Below, piece by piece: positions 1 to 10,298 of a DNA stretch of 64,000 nt. Numbering within the stretch: position 1 is the stretch's first letter; the number at the start of each line of letters is the position of its first letter. The notes under the pieces are model-generated. The model worked only from the letters and a program-made list of their open reading frames with translations, had not been told where the DNA came from and did no database searches. The position numbers and the translations under genes were made by a program. The stretch is from an uncultured Verrucomicrobiae bacterium (GTDB lineage Bacteria > Verrucomicrobiota > Verrucomicrobiia > Limisphaerales > Palsa-1400), in assembly GCA_963707025.1 (NCBI GenBank), contig CAVPOM010000007.1:64001-128000 (forward strand), in the 5' to 3' direction.

Positions 1-271
1 GACGGCGGGTATTGGCGGCACAAATGGTTCCGGCATGATATTCAGTGTTACGTTGCCGACGCCGCAACTGACCATCATTCGTTCCGGAACAATTGCGATT
101 GTGACGTGGCCAACCAATGCCCTCGAGTTCACCTTGCAATCCACCACGAACCCTGTCCCGCCGACAGTCTGGACAACCGTTTTCCCGCCACCGTATGCCG
201 TCATCTCCACGAATAACGTGGTAACGAATACCATCTCCGGCACAAATCAGTTTTACCGGTTAAGCCTGTAG
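1..271 (+). CDS. C-terminal part of a secreted/surface repeat protein (GloVer-like repeat plus C-terminal domain), partial
   Basis: Frame open from the window start: GGTNGSGMIFSV repeat end, then PQLTI...WP...FTLQSTTN...FYRL, a C-terminus typical of verrucomicrobial exported proteins. Confidence 0.6.
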   Translation, partial: TAGIGGTNGSGMIFSVTLPTPQLTIIRSGTIAIVTWPTNALEFTLQSTTNPVPPTVWTTVFPPPYAVISTNNVVTNTISGTNQFYRLSL

Positions 272-380
272 TTGGCCAAAGGCAACAGTTGTGGTGTGAA
301 ATTGAAGATGTAACGGCATTGCTTCAGGACCGCTTGGAGCATAAAGCGGATGATGTCAATGCGTGGCCCTTCAGGCGGAT

Positions 381-623
381 ACGAATCATCCGCGCCACCC
401 CGTCGGTCAGTTTCATCTCGTGAAAGTTAAGAATAAGCCCAAGGGGAATGTCCATCAACTTCATGGAGCTGAGGGGTTGGGCCTTGTGGACGGGCAATAT
501 CTCCTGCACACACTTGAGTTCCAGCGGGAGGCAATCCTCAACCAGCACATCGGATCGCAGGGGCTCGTCAAACACCAGCCCCTGGTTTTCGATTCTGACC
601 AAGCGTTGATTGACAGAATTTGT
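381..623 (-). pseudogene. GxxExxY-family protein, C-terminal fragment
   Basis: GLVFDEPLRSDVLVEDCLPLELKCVQEILPVHKAQPLSSMKLMDIPLGLILNFH matches the family C-terminal half; the N-terminal GxxExxY motif is missing. Confidence 0.7.
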
Positions 624-662
624 TTGCCCGGCAATTTGTTTGTGCGCAAATTGCCCCGCGAA

Positions 663-1595
663 ATGCCGGAGCAACTGGTCATTGAGACGCAGGCCCTGTC
701 CAAGGTTTTTGGAAAACAAAAAGCCCTGGATGGCGTCAGCCTTGCCGTCGCCCCGGGGGCGATCGGGCTGCTCGGGCCCAACGGCGCGGGCAAGACCACC
801 TTCATGAAATGTCTGCTCCAGCTTCAGCCCATCACCTCCGGCTCGGCCAAACTGCTGGGCCGGGAAGTGGGCGCGGAAGGCCGTGAAATCCGCAAAAGGG
901 TCGGCTATACCCCGGAACAGGACTGCCACATCCCCGGCATGGCCGGCTGCGAGTATGTCACCTATTGCGCCCAGTTGTGCGGGTTGCCCTTCCAAGTCGC
1001 CCGCCAGCGCGCCCATGAGATGCTCGATTTCGTCGGCATGGGCCAGGAGCGCTATCGCAAGATTGACACCTACTCCACCGGCATGAAACAGCGTCTCAAG
1101 CTGGCCCAGGCCATCGTCCACGACCCGGAAATCGTTTTTCTGGACGAGCCGACCAACGGTCTGGACCCCAAGGGCCAGGCGCAAATCCTGGAATTGGTGC
1201 AAAGCCTCTGGCGCGCCTACGGCATCACGGTGGTGGTTTCCTCGCACCTGCTGCATGACGTGGAGCAGATTTGCGAACAGATCATCATCATCGCCCGCGG
1301 GCGCGTGCTGGTGCATGACAGCCTGGCCAATTTGAAGGCGCGCCAGCGCGGCTCGGCCGAAGTGGTGGTGGCGGGGGGGCACGAGGAATTGGAGGCCGCC
1401 TGCGCCCGCCGCCAGTGGCCGTGCGAGTTGCTCCCCAACGGCCATGTCAAAGTCGAGCACAGTTCCCAGTCCCTGAACCCCTTGTTGCACCTGTTGCACG
1501 AGATCCAACTGGCGCCGCTGGAGATCATTCCCAGCCCCAACGCGCTGGAGGAAACTTTTGTGCAAGCCCTGGAGATTTCCCATGCCGCTGCATGA
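663..1595 (+). CDS. ABC transporter ATP-binding protein
   Basis: Walker A GPNGAGKT, signature YSTGMKQR, Walker B VFLDEP. Confidence 0.95.
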   Translation: MPEQLVIETQALSKVFGKQKALDGVSLAVAPGAIGLLGPNGAGKTTFMKCLLQLQPITSGSAKLLGREVGAEGREIRKRVGYTPEQDCHIPGMAGCEYVTYCAQLCGLPFQVARQRAHEMLDFVGMGQERYRKIDTYSTGMKQRLKLAQAIVHDPEIVFLDEPTNGLDPKGQAQILELVQSLWRAYGITVVVSSHLLHDVEQICEQIIIIARGRVLVHDSLANLKARQRGSAEVVVAGGHEELEAACARRQWPCELLPNGHVKVEHSSQSLNPLLHLLHEIQLAPLEIIPSPNALEETFVQALEISHAAA

Positions 1596-2575
1596 TGCCA
1601 ATTATAAGCATTGGGAAGGAACGCACCTCGGCGTCTGGAGCCGCCGCTGGGCCATCGCCAAAAACGGCCTGACCGCCTGCCTGCAAAGTGAGGTGGATGA
1701 TGAACCTGGTGGTCTTGTGCTGGGGGCTGGGGCTGGCCGCCGCGGCCTTTCTTTTCCTGATCGGACAATTATTGGTCTCCGACAGCGTGGTGGACCGGTG
1801 GGTTTCCACCTTCAATCCAAACCTGCAGATGTTTGCCAACCTCCTCACCGCCTGGCTGACCGACCATCCTGACATTTCCGTTGGCACCACCCAAAATGTG
1901 CTGTTCTATTTCCTGGGCAACTGGCTGATGCTGGTCAGCATTTTTGCGCTGGGGCCGATCATCCCGCTGTTGATCACGCGCGACCTGGCTTGCAACGCCA
2001 TCGTCATTTATTCCTCCAAAGCCGTCAGCCGGGGCGATTATCTGTTGGGCAAATTCGCCACCGCCTTCGGTTTCCTCACCCTGACCTGGCTGGGGCCGGT
2101 TTGCGCCGCCTGGTTTCTGGGCAACTTGCTCGCGCCGCATTGGATGTTTTTCTGGCACGCCCGCGGCGCGCTGGCAAACATCTTGATCCGCGGATTGAGC
2201 AGCATGACCGTCCTGAGCATGCTGGCGCTGGGCGTTTCCGCCCTGAGCGTGAAGGAAAAGGCCACCAGCTTTATTTGGTTCATGTGGTGGATACTGGGGG
2301 CCTTCCTCAGCACCCTGGCCCAGCACACCCAGTCCTGGCTTGGCTACCTGAGTTTTGGCTTTAACCTCCATGAAATCGCCCTCCGCACCTTTCGCGTCGG
2401 CGACCGCCTCAAGAACATCCAGGACACCATTCTCGTGCTGGGCAACATTCTGCAGATGCGCCCGTCCACCCAGTCCGCCTTGGAGACGCCCCACATCGGC
2501 GGCACTTGCCTGGCCTTGCTGGTCATGCTCTGCCTGGCCGCCTGGATCGTCCACCACCGAGTCAAACCCGAATGA
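1582..2575 (+). CDS. ABC transporter permease (apparent frameshift near 1685)
   Basis: MPLHDANYKHWEG... joins the multi-TM 295-aa ORF if one A of ctgcaaagtg is removed; overlaps both flanking ATPases. Confidence 0.8.
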
Positions 2576-3498
2576 ACCCGGTCATCCAGGCGAGGGAATT
2601 GAGCCGCTGGTACGGCATGGTCATGGGGCTGAACAACGTCAGCTTCGACATTGCCCCCGGCCTGACCGGATTGGTCGGCCCGAATGGCGCGGGCAAGAGC
2701 ACGCTCATCCAGGTGATCACCGGCCAGCTCCAACCCAGCGCCGGAACCCTCACCGTTTTTGGCCAGGTTCCCTGGAATAATCCCGCCTTGCAGCGGCGCC
2801 TGGGTTTCTGCCCGGAGCGCGAGGCCGTGCCCAAGGAATTGCGCCCGATGGATTGGCTGACCGGCCTGGCCCGGTTGTCCGGCCTGGACCCGGCGGAAAT
2901 TCCCGGGCGCTGTGAAGCGATTTTGGACAAGGTCAAATTGTCCCGCGAGCATTGGTCCAAAACGATGGGCCAGTATTCCAAAGGCATGAAGCAACGGGTC
3001 AAGCTGGCCCAGGGCCTGTTGCATGAGCCGGACCTGCTCGTCCTGGACGAGCCGATGAACGGCTTGGACCCGATGGGCCGCCAGGAAATCGCCAGCCTCC
3101 TCACCGATCTGGCCGCGCACGGCGCCAGCATCCTCATTTCCAGCCACATCCTGGCCGAGTTGGAATCGCTCTGCCGCAATATCATCATCCTCAACTGGGG
3201 CCGCATCCTGGCCTCCGGCAGCCAGCGGGAAATTCGCGGCGACCTGAAAAACTGGTCTGAAGAATTGTCCATCCAGTGCGATGACCCGGAAAAACTGGCC
3301 CGCCACCTCTTTGATGCCGGCATTCTCCTGGGCTTCGACCTTGAGGCCGCCGCGGGCCTGCTGCGCATCCGCGTCAAGGACGCCGCCTCCTTCTACCCCG
3401 CCTGGACCGGTTTATTGCTGGGCAGCGGAGTCACCGTCCAGGGGATTCGCAGCCAGAGCCGGTCTTTGCAGAATATTTTTGAAAAGGTGACCGCCTGA
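2572..3498 (+). CDS. ABC transporter ATP-binding protein
   Basis: GPNGAGKS, YSKGMKQR, LVLDEP; ATGA overlap with the upstream permease. Confidence 0.95.
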   Translation: MNPVIQARELSRWYGMVMGLNNVSFDIAPGLTGLVGPNGAGKSTLIQVITGQLQPSAGTLTVFGQVPWNNPALQRRLGFCPEREAVPKELRPMDWLTGLARLSGLDPAEIPGRCEAILDKVKLSREHWSKTMGQYSKGMKQRVKLAQGLLHEPDLLVLDEPMNGLDPMGRQEIASLLTDLAAHGASILISSHILAELESLCRNIIILNWGRILASGSQREIRGDLKNWSEELSIQCDDPEKLARHLFDAGILLGFDLEAAAGLLRIRVKDAASFYPAWTGLLLGSGVTVQGIRSQSRSLQNIFEKVTA

Positions 3499-3517
3499 GC
3501 GCCCGAGCAACGCCGCC

Positions 3518-4723
3518 ATGAATGCGCCACCCCCATCCCCGCCGCCACCGCCTCCTCCTCCTCCTCCTCCTGCGCCGCCACGCCCGCTCCCGCCCCGGGG
3601 CAGCCTGCGTTTGGCGCCCTCCTTTCTGAGGGCGTGGCGCGGGATTTGGCTCTTTACCTGGCGGACCCAATTGTCCTGGCGCCGGGTGCCGGTGATGCTG
3701 GTTTGGTTGCTGGTTCTGCCCTTTCTGATCTGGGTCACGGTTCATTCACCCGGGACGTGGCCCCGCGCCAATCTGCATTTGGGAGATCCGTCCTATCAAA
3801 TCAACCGCTTTTCCCGGCGCCTGACCAATCGAACCAGACTGACCGCGCTGGACCAGGATCAGATCAGCCGGCTGGTTGGGATTACGCGCGAAGAATTTGC
3901 GCGCACCGAAAGCGAATCGCGCTCCGCCTCGGGCCCCGAAACGAGCGTGGCCGAGCAGAGGGCGCTGATTGATTCCTGCCACGGGCGCATCCTGGCCAAA
4001 GCGCGGGAAGTGTTGGATGCCGGCCAGTTCGCCGAATTTCAGGCATGGGATAAAGACTACGTCGCCAACACCAAGGGCCAGATCAGCGAGTCCACCTGGA
4101 ACCGGACCGCGCCGTTTTATTACCTGCTGATTATTGTCTATTTTTTCATCATCCTCCCGCTCAGTTGTGTCTGGTCGTGCGGCGGGCTGATCCGGGACGA
4201 ACTGCAAACCGACACCCTGGGCTTTTTGACCACCCGCCCGATCAAGCGGGCGACTCTGGTGGTCCTCAAATATCTCTCCCAGGCTGCCTGGCTGGAGATC
4301 GTGGTGCTGGTGGAAGGATTGCTCTTGTTGGGCGCCGGCGCCCTGCGGCAAATTCCGCAGCTCGGCTCCCTGCTCCCGCTTTTTTTGGCCGCGCAATTCC
4401 TGGCCGTGCTGGCCTGGAGCGCGCTGGGTCTTTTCCTGGGGCAGGTGACCAAGCGTTATCTGCCCCTGGCCCTGGTCTATGGGCTGATCGTGGAATTGGG
4501 GATTGGCGACATCCCCACCAACATCAACACCCTTTCCCTCATGCGCCACCTCCGAACTCTGCTCTCCCACGATGCCGCCCTGCAAAACCTTTACGAATGG
4601 ACCGGCACGGGCGTTGTCCTTCCCGTGAGCGCGTTGCTCCTGGCCGCCGCCCTCTTTGTGGCCCTGGCCGCCCTGCTCTTCACCTTCCGTGAATACCACG
4701 CCGCCGCCGAGATGCAGAAATAA
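3518..4723 (+). CDS. ABC-2 type permease
   Basis: Multiple TM helices, DELQTDTLGFLTTRPIKR motif, Pro-rich N-terminus. Confidence 0.85.
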   Translation: MNAPPPSPPPPPPPPPPPAPPRPLPPRGSLRLAPSFLRAWRGIWLFTWRTQLSWRRVPVMLVWLLVLPFLIWVTVHSPGTWPRANLHLGDPSYQINRFSRRLTNRTRLTALDQDQISRLVGITREEFARTESESRSASGPETSVAEQRALIDSCHGRILAKAREVLDAGQFAEFQAWDKDYVANTKGQISESTWNRTAPFYYLLIIVYFFIILPLSCVWSCGGLIRDELQTDTLGFLTTRPIKRATLVVLKYLSQAAWLEIVVLVEGLLLLGAGALRQIPQLGSLLPLFLAAQFLAVLAWSALGLFLGQVTKRYLPLALVYGLIVELGIGDIPTNINTLSLMRHLRTLLSHDAALQNLYEWTGTGVVLPVSALLLAAALFVALAALLFTFREYHAAAEMQK

Positions 4724-4769
4724 AAGAACCTTTCATGCTGACGGGGAGCGCGCGCCCCCGCGTGACGCG

Positions 4770-4860
4770 TGCCGCCTGGCAGGGGTCGTGCCCGGCCTTG
4801 GGCCATCTGGCTGCGGCAGGAATTCCCAGTGCCAAGGAACCGGATTTTCAATTTCGGCAT
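4770..4860 (-). pseudogene. arsC: Arsenate reductase (LMW-PTP type) N-terminal remnant
   Basis: MPKLKIRFLGTGNSCRSQMAQG is the CTGNSCRS P-loop with the catalytic Cys replaced by Gly; overlaps the arsR stop; cut by a REP-like unit at about 4744-4770. Confidence 0.7.
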
Positions 4861-5219
4861 TGGCGTTTGCATAATGCGACGGGGTCCATGCCTAAAATTT
4901 TCTTGAGGCGGGCCGCGTCCCCGACGGTGCGCGGATCCCCGGCGAGCGACCTGGCCACCAGGCGAATGGCTTGGCGGGCCGGGGCCGAAGCCCCTTTTGC
5001 GGCCAGGGAGTAGTAGATCCAACGGCCGTTCTTGCGTGAGTTGACCAAGCCGGCTTGGTAGAGAATGGAAAGGTGCTTGGAAATGGTGGACCCGGCCAGG
5101 CCGAAAAGTTCGATGATTTGGCAGACACACAACTCGCCGTCCCGCAACGCCAGGAGCATCCGGACGCGCTTTTCGTCCGCCAGCGCCTTGGTCAGGGCCA
5201 TGAACGGGCGGATTGTCAT
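4848..5219 (-). CDS. arsR: ArsR/SmtB family metalloregulator
   Basis: KALADEKRVRML..ELCVCQI..STISKHLSIL..G.WIYY. Confidence 0.9.
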   Translation of the reverse strand: MTIRPFMALTKALADEKRVRMLLALRDGELCVCQIIELFGLAGSTISKHLSILYQAGLVNSRKNGRWIYYSLAAKGASAPARQAIRLVARSLAGDPRTVGDAARLKKILGMDPVALCKRQCRN

Positions 5220-5370
5220 ATAACGTAATTCGCCATACAACGAAATAAAACTAACTCCCGCCAAAGTGACTGTCAAGGGCGGCGTGAGGCCTGGAAAGAG
5301 GCATGGCGCGCGATCCCCGGGGCCAACCCCGGCGCGCCGCGCCGACCCTGCAGGCTTGACCTTGGCCCGC

Positions 5371-6444
5371 CTACCGGATGTCGCCAAACCTGACGTTTTC
5401 CGGCGCCGACGGCTCATCCAGCACTTGAATGGTGGTGGATGGCCCCAAGTCAACCGGGTCCCCCCAGGCGCGCGAAGCCCAGAGGAGCCTTTTGTCGGGG
5501 CTGACCTCGAAGGCTTGAATGGCCGTTCCCGCCGCGGGTCCGTTGCCTTTAGGGCACCAGTTGTTGATGAGGGTGTCGCCGTTGGCCAGGCGGCTGGCGG
5601 TTTGCATGCCGGAAATCCTGTAACCCAAGGCCGCGAGGTCCGCGCTGGGGAACTCCCACACAATCTGCCCCTGGCGGTCGAGTTCCTGCACGGCCGTGTG
5701 TTCCCGGGTCATCAGGATATGACCGTTGTTGAGGGGTGCGACCATCCAGAGATCCGGCACCGGCAGGGACCAGAGTTCCTTGCCGTTGAGGTCGTACTCG
5801 CAGATTTTGTGCAAATCCATGTGCCCGACCAGGAGGGTGCCGGCCCCGGTCAGGCGGGCGTGCCGGAATTGGCCGTGGATGCCGCTGCTGTTGGTATTCC
5901 TGACCGGAAGTTCAAACTCGCTCTCCGTCGCCCCGGAAGTGGTGTTGACGACCAGGCATTTGGCCGGATTGCCATTGCGGATGAAAACGACATGTTCCCG
6001 GCCAATGGCCTGGGCGGTGTGGATTTCCGTGCCGGGCGGGGCGTCGTAATTCCAAACCACCTTCTTCTCCGCCGTTATCTCGGTCACGCCGAATTGATGG
6101 GCGAAGAGCACGTGGCCATTGGACAGCAGCATGGCGTCGCTGATTTCGCCTTTGGACTGCGGGTCGGTGTTCTCGTAAGACCAGTCCACCTTCCCCTTGC
6201 GCACGATGAACATGTTGTGGCGTCCCCCGCCTTCGCCGGCATAAAAGAAATCGTGCTGGGCCAATCCCTGGCCCGGCAGGACTTTGGGGGCCGCCGGGGT
6301 GTTGTCCAAGGCCCGGGGCGGGCGGACCGGCGGCTGGTTGGCGGGTGGCGGCCGTGGCGTGGCCGGTGTGTCCTGTGCAGCCAGATCTGCGGCTGCGCAA
6401 AGCCAGGAGGCCAGGGCCATGCAGGACAACGACGGTTTTTTCAT
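5371..6444 (-). CDS. Secreted beta-propeller-like hypothetical protein
   Basis: Signal peptide; repeated LxNGxxL / ExxxxGxxVW blades. Confidence 0.65.
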   Translation of the reverse strand: MKKPSLSCMALASWLCAAADLAAQDTPATPRPPPANQPPVRPPRALDNTPAAPKVLPGQGLAQHDFFYAGEGGGRHNMFIVRKGKVDWSYENTDPQSKGEISDAMLLSNGHVLFAHQFGVTEITAEKKVVWNYDAPPGTEIHTAQAIGREHVVFIRNGNPAKCLVVNTTSGATESEFELPVRNTNSSGIHGQFRHARLTGAGTLLVGHMDLHKICEYDLNGKELWSLPVPDLWMVAPLNNGHILMTREHTAVQELDRQGQIVWEFPSADLAALGYRISGMQTASRLANGDTLINNWCPKGNGPAAGTAIQAFEVSPDKRLLWASRAWGDPVDLGPSTTIQVLDEPSAPENVRFGDIR

Positions 6445-6596
6445 AATGCGGGATGCGCCAGACTGGCGGTTGCGGAATGGCGTGACCCAGCCGGGCCTCG
6501 ACAGGACTCACCGGCGAGCCGCGCCCGTCCTCAGACCACGCATAACGTTGCGCGACCCATTCACCCGGCGCTTTCCACTCTCGCAACGGCCCCGGC

Positions 6597-6878
6597 CTAT
6601 TGCCTGGCCTTCCTGGCCTTGGCCTTGGAGGCCAGTTGGTAAGTCAGGGTCTTGTTGCGCCGTTTGGAGCCGGAATACTTGCGCGCCCATTCCCGGTTGG
6701 CGATGGCGTGCTTCAGACAATGCCAGGCCGTCACTTTCTTGTCGCCGCAGATCACGCACCGCCCTTCCTTGGCGCGGCGCAACTGCCATTTTTGCTGGCG
6801 CGAAATGGGCAGGTCGGTGAATTCATCCACGATTTTCTTGCGCGTATATGTGGGTGCTTTGCTTTTTTTCTTTGTCAT
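6597..6878 (-). CDS. Small basic hypothetical protein with CxxC...CxxH (possible zinc finger)
   Basis: 93 aa, K/R-rich, RCVICG...HCLKH; co-oriented just downstream of the HTH regulator. Confidence 0.7.
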   Translation of the reverse strand: MTKKKSKAPTYTRKKIVDEFTDLPISRQQKWQLRRAKEGRCVICGDKKVTAWHCLKHAIANREWARKYSGSKRRNKTLTYQLASKAKARKARQ

Positions 6879-6888
6879 AAATTTACAA

Positions 6889-7287
6889 TTATCGGCCCTG
6901 GCGGATCTGGCGGGTCCGGCGCAGGCTCAAGGGCGCGCCAAAGCCGTTGATCACGCCGTGGACGACGGCATAGGCCCGCGGCAGTTCGGCCGAGGATATC
7001 TTGCGCAGCGCCTCAATCAGCTTTCGCTCCGGCAAGGACAGGGCCGAGCCCGGATCCGCCTTCAGTTCCAGGGTCTTGGTGTTGATCGCCTCCGGCCGTT
7101 GCGACGCGACAATCAATTTGAACAGCCGCAGGGTCGTCTGGCTGGGGCGCACGGGCGAATTGGGGTTTACGAGTTGGTTGACCGCGCCGGAAGTCATGGC
7201 GAGCTGCCTTGCGGCCTCCGCCTGCGTCCAGCCGATCACCTTCATCAAATCCAGAAACTCTTGTTTTAATGGGTCTAAAGGTTCCAT
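6889..7287 (-). CDS. XRE-family HTH regulator (phage repressor-like)
   Basis: GWTQAEAARQLAMTSGAVNQLVN helix-turn-helix. Confidence 0.8.
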   Translation of the reverse strand: MEPLDPLKQEFLDLMKVIGWTQAEAARQLAMTSGAVNQLVNPNSPVRPSQTTLRLFKLIVASQRPEAINTKTLELKADPGSALSLPERKLIEALRKISSAELPRAYAVVHGVINGFGAPLSLRRTRQIRQGR

Positions 7288-7715
7288 AATTTTTGTTTTT
7301 AACGGTTCGCCGCCACAATCAGTCATCCCCGCAGCCCCAACGTCTTCAGAGCGGGCGCGCCGGGGACTCCGGGTCCGCCGGCCGATTGACCGCCTCCCGC
7401 ATCCTGCCGGGCTGCCTTCCCCAGGCCGTCTGCTTCCTGCCCTGGGCCATCATCCGTTCCCACCTCACCCTCCGGCACGGCCTGTCGCAACATATTTCAT
7501 CACTTCACTAAGTTTTCCGTTAACTAAGCCCGCCACTCTGCTACTTTAAAGCCTAAGCGAATGACCGTGCCCGGCAAAATAAAAGCGAAAAATGAGCCTT
7601 TTGCAAGATTTTTCTACACTACACCCGGCCCCTTGTCCAGCGCCACTGTTTATTTTCGCGGCCGCGCCCCCGGACCCGCCGCCCCCAAACCCTCCCTCCC
7701 CGGCCCAGGCGTCCC

Positions 7716-8252
7716 ATGAACACCCTCCCGGTCCCACATCCGCCCGCCTTGGCCCCGTTGGCCGGGCCGCTTCCGGCCACCGGACGGGAATTGCTTTCCT
7801 CCATCACCCTGCAAGCCCCGCTGCTGGACGTTGGGTCCGCCGGTCTGGCCCTGCGCTGCAGTCAGCGCCATCTGATGCAATGGATCCTGGGCGGCGACCT
7901 GGAGTGGGCCTTCGATCTGCGCCGGGCCGGGGCCCGCCGTTGCTGCCTGCGCATTCTGACCGAGTCCATCATCCGCCTGCAGCAGCGCCAGCACCCCCTC
8001 ACCCCCCGCGAAAGAGCCGCGCAACGGCTCCACCTTTTCCAGAAGGTGTTCGACCCCATGTTCCCTCAGCACAAACCCTTTTTGTTCAGCACTGAATTGG
8101 CCCGGGTTTGGGCTTGCGGCACCACCCACATCCATAACCTGGCCGAGGACGGCCTGCTCGGCCTGGTGGACCGGGACCACGTCCCACGCGCGGCGGTGCA
8201 GATTTCCCGCGAGACCGCCTTCCTTTTTATGCAATCCAGAAGAATCATATGA
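7716..8252 (+). CDS. Hypothetical DNA-binding protein (two HTH-like segments)
   Basis: Divergent from the repressor and coupled to gam by ATGA; STELARVWACGTTHIHNL resembles an HTH. Confidence 0.55.
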   Translation: MNTLPVPHPPALAPLAGPLPATGRELLSSITLQAPLLDVGSAGLALRCSQRHLMQWILGGDLEWAFDLRRAGARRCCLRILTESIIRLQQRQHPLTPRERAAQRLHLFQKVFDPMFPQHKPFLFSTELARVWACGTTHIHNLAEDGLLGLVDRDHVPRAAVQISRETAFLFMQSRRII

Positions 8253-8776
8253 AAACGAGCAGAATCAAAAAGACCCGGCCCGTCATTCGCACCCGCGCAG
8301 CGATGGAATCCCTCATCGGCGAAATCGCCGCCCTGCAAAACCAGCTCCGCCTCCTCGCCGCGGCCATGGACGGGCAAGTCCAGTCCATTCGCCAACAATA
8401 CCAGGCCCCCTTGGCCGCCCAAAACGAGGCCCTCGACCTAAAAATGGAACAGGCCCGGGTCTGGTGCGAAGCCAACCCGCGCGAATTCGGCGCCGCCCGT
8501 GCCATCGAAATGGCGCATGGCACGGTGGGATGGCGCGCCGGCCAGCCCACCTTAAAAACCCTGCCCGGCTGGACTTTTGACCGCGTGGAGCAAACCCTCA
8601 AAACGGCTGGCGCCCTGGGCTACATTCGCGTCAACGAAGAAGTCCACCAACAAAACCTCCTCTCCGACCGCGAGGCCATCGGCCCCGAAAAACTGCGGGA
8701 AATCGGCCTGCGCGTCGTGCAGGAAGAGACCTTCTTCGTCGAGGCAAAACTGGCCGAAGTTCCCGAAGTGGTGTAG
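8249..8776 (+). CDS. gam: Mu Gam-like host-nuclease inhibitor (DNA end-binding)
   Basis: 175 aa coiled coil followed by WCEANPREF..IEMAHGTVGWR..P..IRVNEEV..IGLRVVQEETFFVE, the Gam pattern. Confidence 0.85.
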   Translation: MKTSRIKKTRPVIRTRAAMESLIGEIAALQNQLRLLAAAMDGQVQSIRQQYQAPLAAQNEALDLKMEQARVWCEANPREFGAARAIEMAHGTVGWRAGQPTLKTLPGWTFDRVEQTLKTAGALGYIRVNEEVHQQNLLSDREAIGPEKLREIGLRVVQEETFFVEAKLAEVPEVV

Positions 8777-8810
8777 GCATCGTTGGTGGAATGTGTTGGT
8801 TGAATCGGTT

Positions 8811-10223
8811 TCACAAATCCTGTCCCGCGCACGCCGCCTCCACCTCCGCAATGGTTTTCGGCACGGGTTTTCCCAGCAGGCGGCAACCCGTTTCCGTCAC
8901 CACCACGTCGTCCTCCAGCCGCACGCCGCCGAAATCCCGCCAGGCCTCGATGGCGTCGTAATTGAGAAACTGCTCGTGCCTGCGCTCCGCCTTCCACTGG
9001 TCAATCAACTCGGGAATAAAATAAATGCCCGGCTCGACCGTGACCACGAACCCCGCCCGCAATGGTTTGGCCAGACGCAGATAACAAAGGCCGAACTGCG
9101 GATTGCGCGTCATCCCCTCGTAGCCGACCTGCTGTTCGCCCAGGTCCTCCATGTCATGCACGTCCAGCCCCATCATGTGGCCCAGGCCGCACTGGAAGAA
9201 CATGGCGTGCGCGCCCGCCGCCACCGCCTCCTCCACAGGGCCGCGCATCAGTCCAAGCTGCTTTAAACCCGCCGCCAGCGTCCGGCAGGCCAGCAGATGC
9301 GCCTCCCGGAAGGGCCACCCCGGTTTGATTGCCGCCAGGGCCTTCTGCTGCGCCTCCAGCACGATGTTGTAAATCTCCTTCTGCCGCTCCGTGAACTTCC
9401 CGCTCACCGGGAACGTCCGCGTCAAGTCCCCCGCGTAGCCCAGTTCCGATTCCGCCCCGCAATCGTTGACGACAATGTTCCCATTCTTCATCAGGTTGCC
9501 GTGGCCATGATTGTGCAACGTCTCGCCGTGAATGGAGAAAATGATGGGGAAGGCCAGCCTTCCTCCCCGCGCCAGCGCGAGGGCGTGGATGGCTCCGGCC
9601 ACCTCGCGCTCATGCAAACCGGCGCGCCCCATCTTCATGGCGTGAGTTTGCATCCCGCCGGTGATGTTGACGGCCCGCTCGATTTCCTGGATTTCCTCCG
9701 GCGCCTTGATCGAACGCTGCGCCACCACCGCGTTGGTGAACTGGGCCGAGGCGTACTCCTTGGCGAAGGCCGGGTGAATTCCCAGCAACCTTTCAATTTT
9801 CAGCACATTCTCCCCCCGGTAAGGCGGCAGAAAATGCGCCGCGCGCCCGCGCTGCACCGCCGACATGAGAATCTCCTTGAGGCGGGCCATGGGCTGCGCC
9901 TGGCCTGCGCCCACCGCTTCCGCCCGGTCGCGCAAGAGCGGCTGCGGGCCGGTCCAGACAATGTCCGCCACCGTCGGATCATCGCCGAAGAGCGTTTCCG
10001 TCCCCTCGTCAATATCAATTATCGCCGCCAGCGCGGGCGAATTCAGACCCCAATAATAGAGAAACGAACTGTCCTGGCGGAAAGGGTATTGATTGGCCGC
10101 ATAATTGATCGGGCTTTCCTCGTTGCCCAGAAAGAGCAACAGCTCCGACGGGACGGCCTTCTTGAGCGCCTGCCGGCGCCTAACATAAATCTCACGATCG
10201 AACAAGGGTTCTGTGATCTTCAT
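8811..10223 (-). CDS. pepP: Xaa-Pro aminopeptidase (M24B)
   Basis: YPFRQDSSFLY, YAGDLTRTFP, GLGHMMGLDVHD, TVEPGIY, GVRLEDD. Confidence 0.92.
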   Translation of the reverse strand: MKITEPLFDREIYVRRRQALKKAVPSELLLFLGNEESPINYAANQYPFRQDSSFLYYWGLNSPALAAIIDIDEGTETLFGDDPTVADIVWTGPQPLLRDRAEAVGAGQAQPMARLKEILMSAVQRGRAAHFLPPYRGENVLKIERLLGIHPAFAKEYASAQFTNAVVAQRSIKAPEEIQEIERAVNITGGMQTHAMKMGRAGLHEREVAGAIHALALARGGRLAFPIIFSIHGETLHNHGHGNLMKNGNIVVNDCGAESELGYAGDLTRTFPVSGKFTERQKEIYNIVLEAQQKALAAIKPGWPFREAHLLACRTLAAGLKQLGLMRGPVEEAVAAGAHAMFFQCGLGHMMGLDVHDMEDLGEQQVGYEGMTRNPQFGLCYLRLAKPLRAGFVVTVEPGIYFIPELIDQWKAERRHEQFLNYDAIEAWRDFGGVRLEDDVVVTETGCRLLGKPVPKTIAEVEAACAGQDL

Positions 10224-10298
10224 GCGTGCCATTAACCGCCAACGCGAAGCCGGGAGCAACCAAAAATCCGCGGAAGAACCGAGGGAGAGTTCAGCGTT

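Noticed and set aside
3530..3595. CCT/CCG triplet run as a contingency locus
   Set aside because: In-frame poly-proline linker with no frame-switching potential
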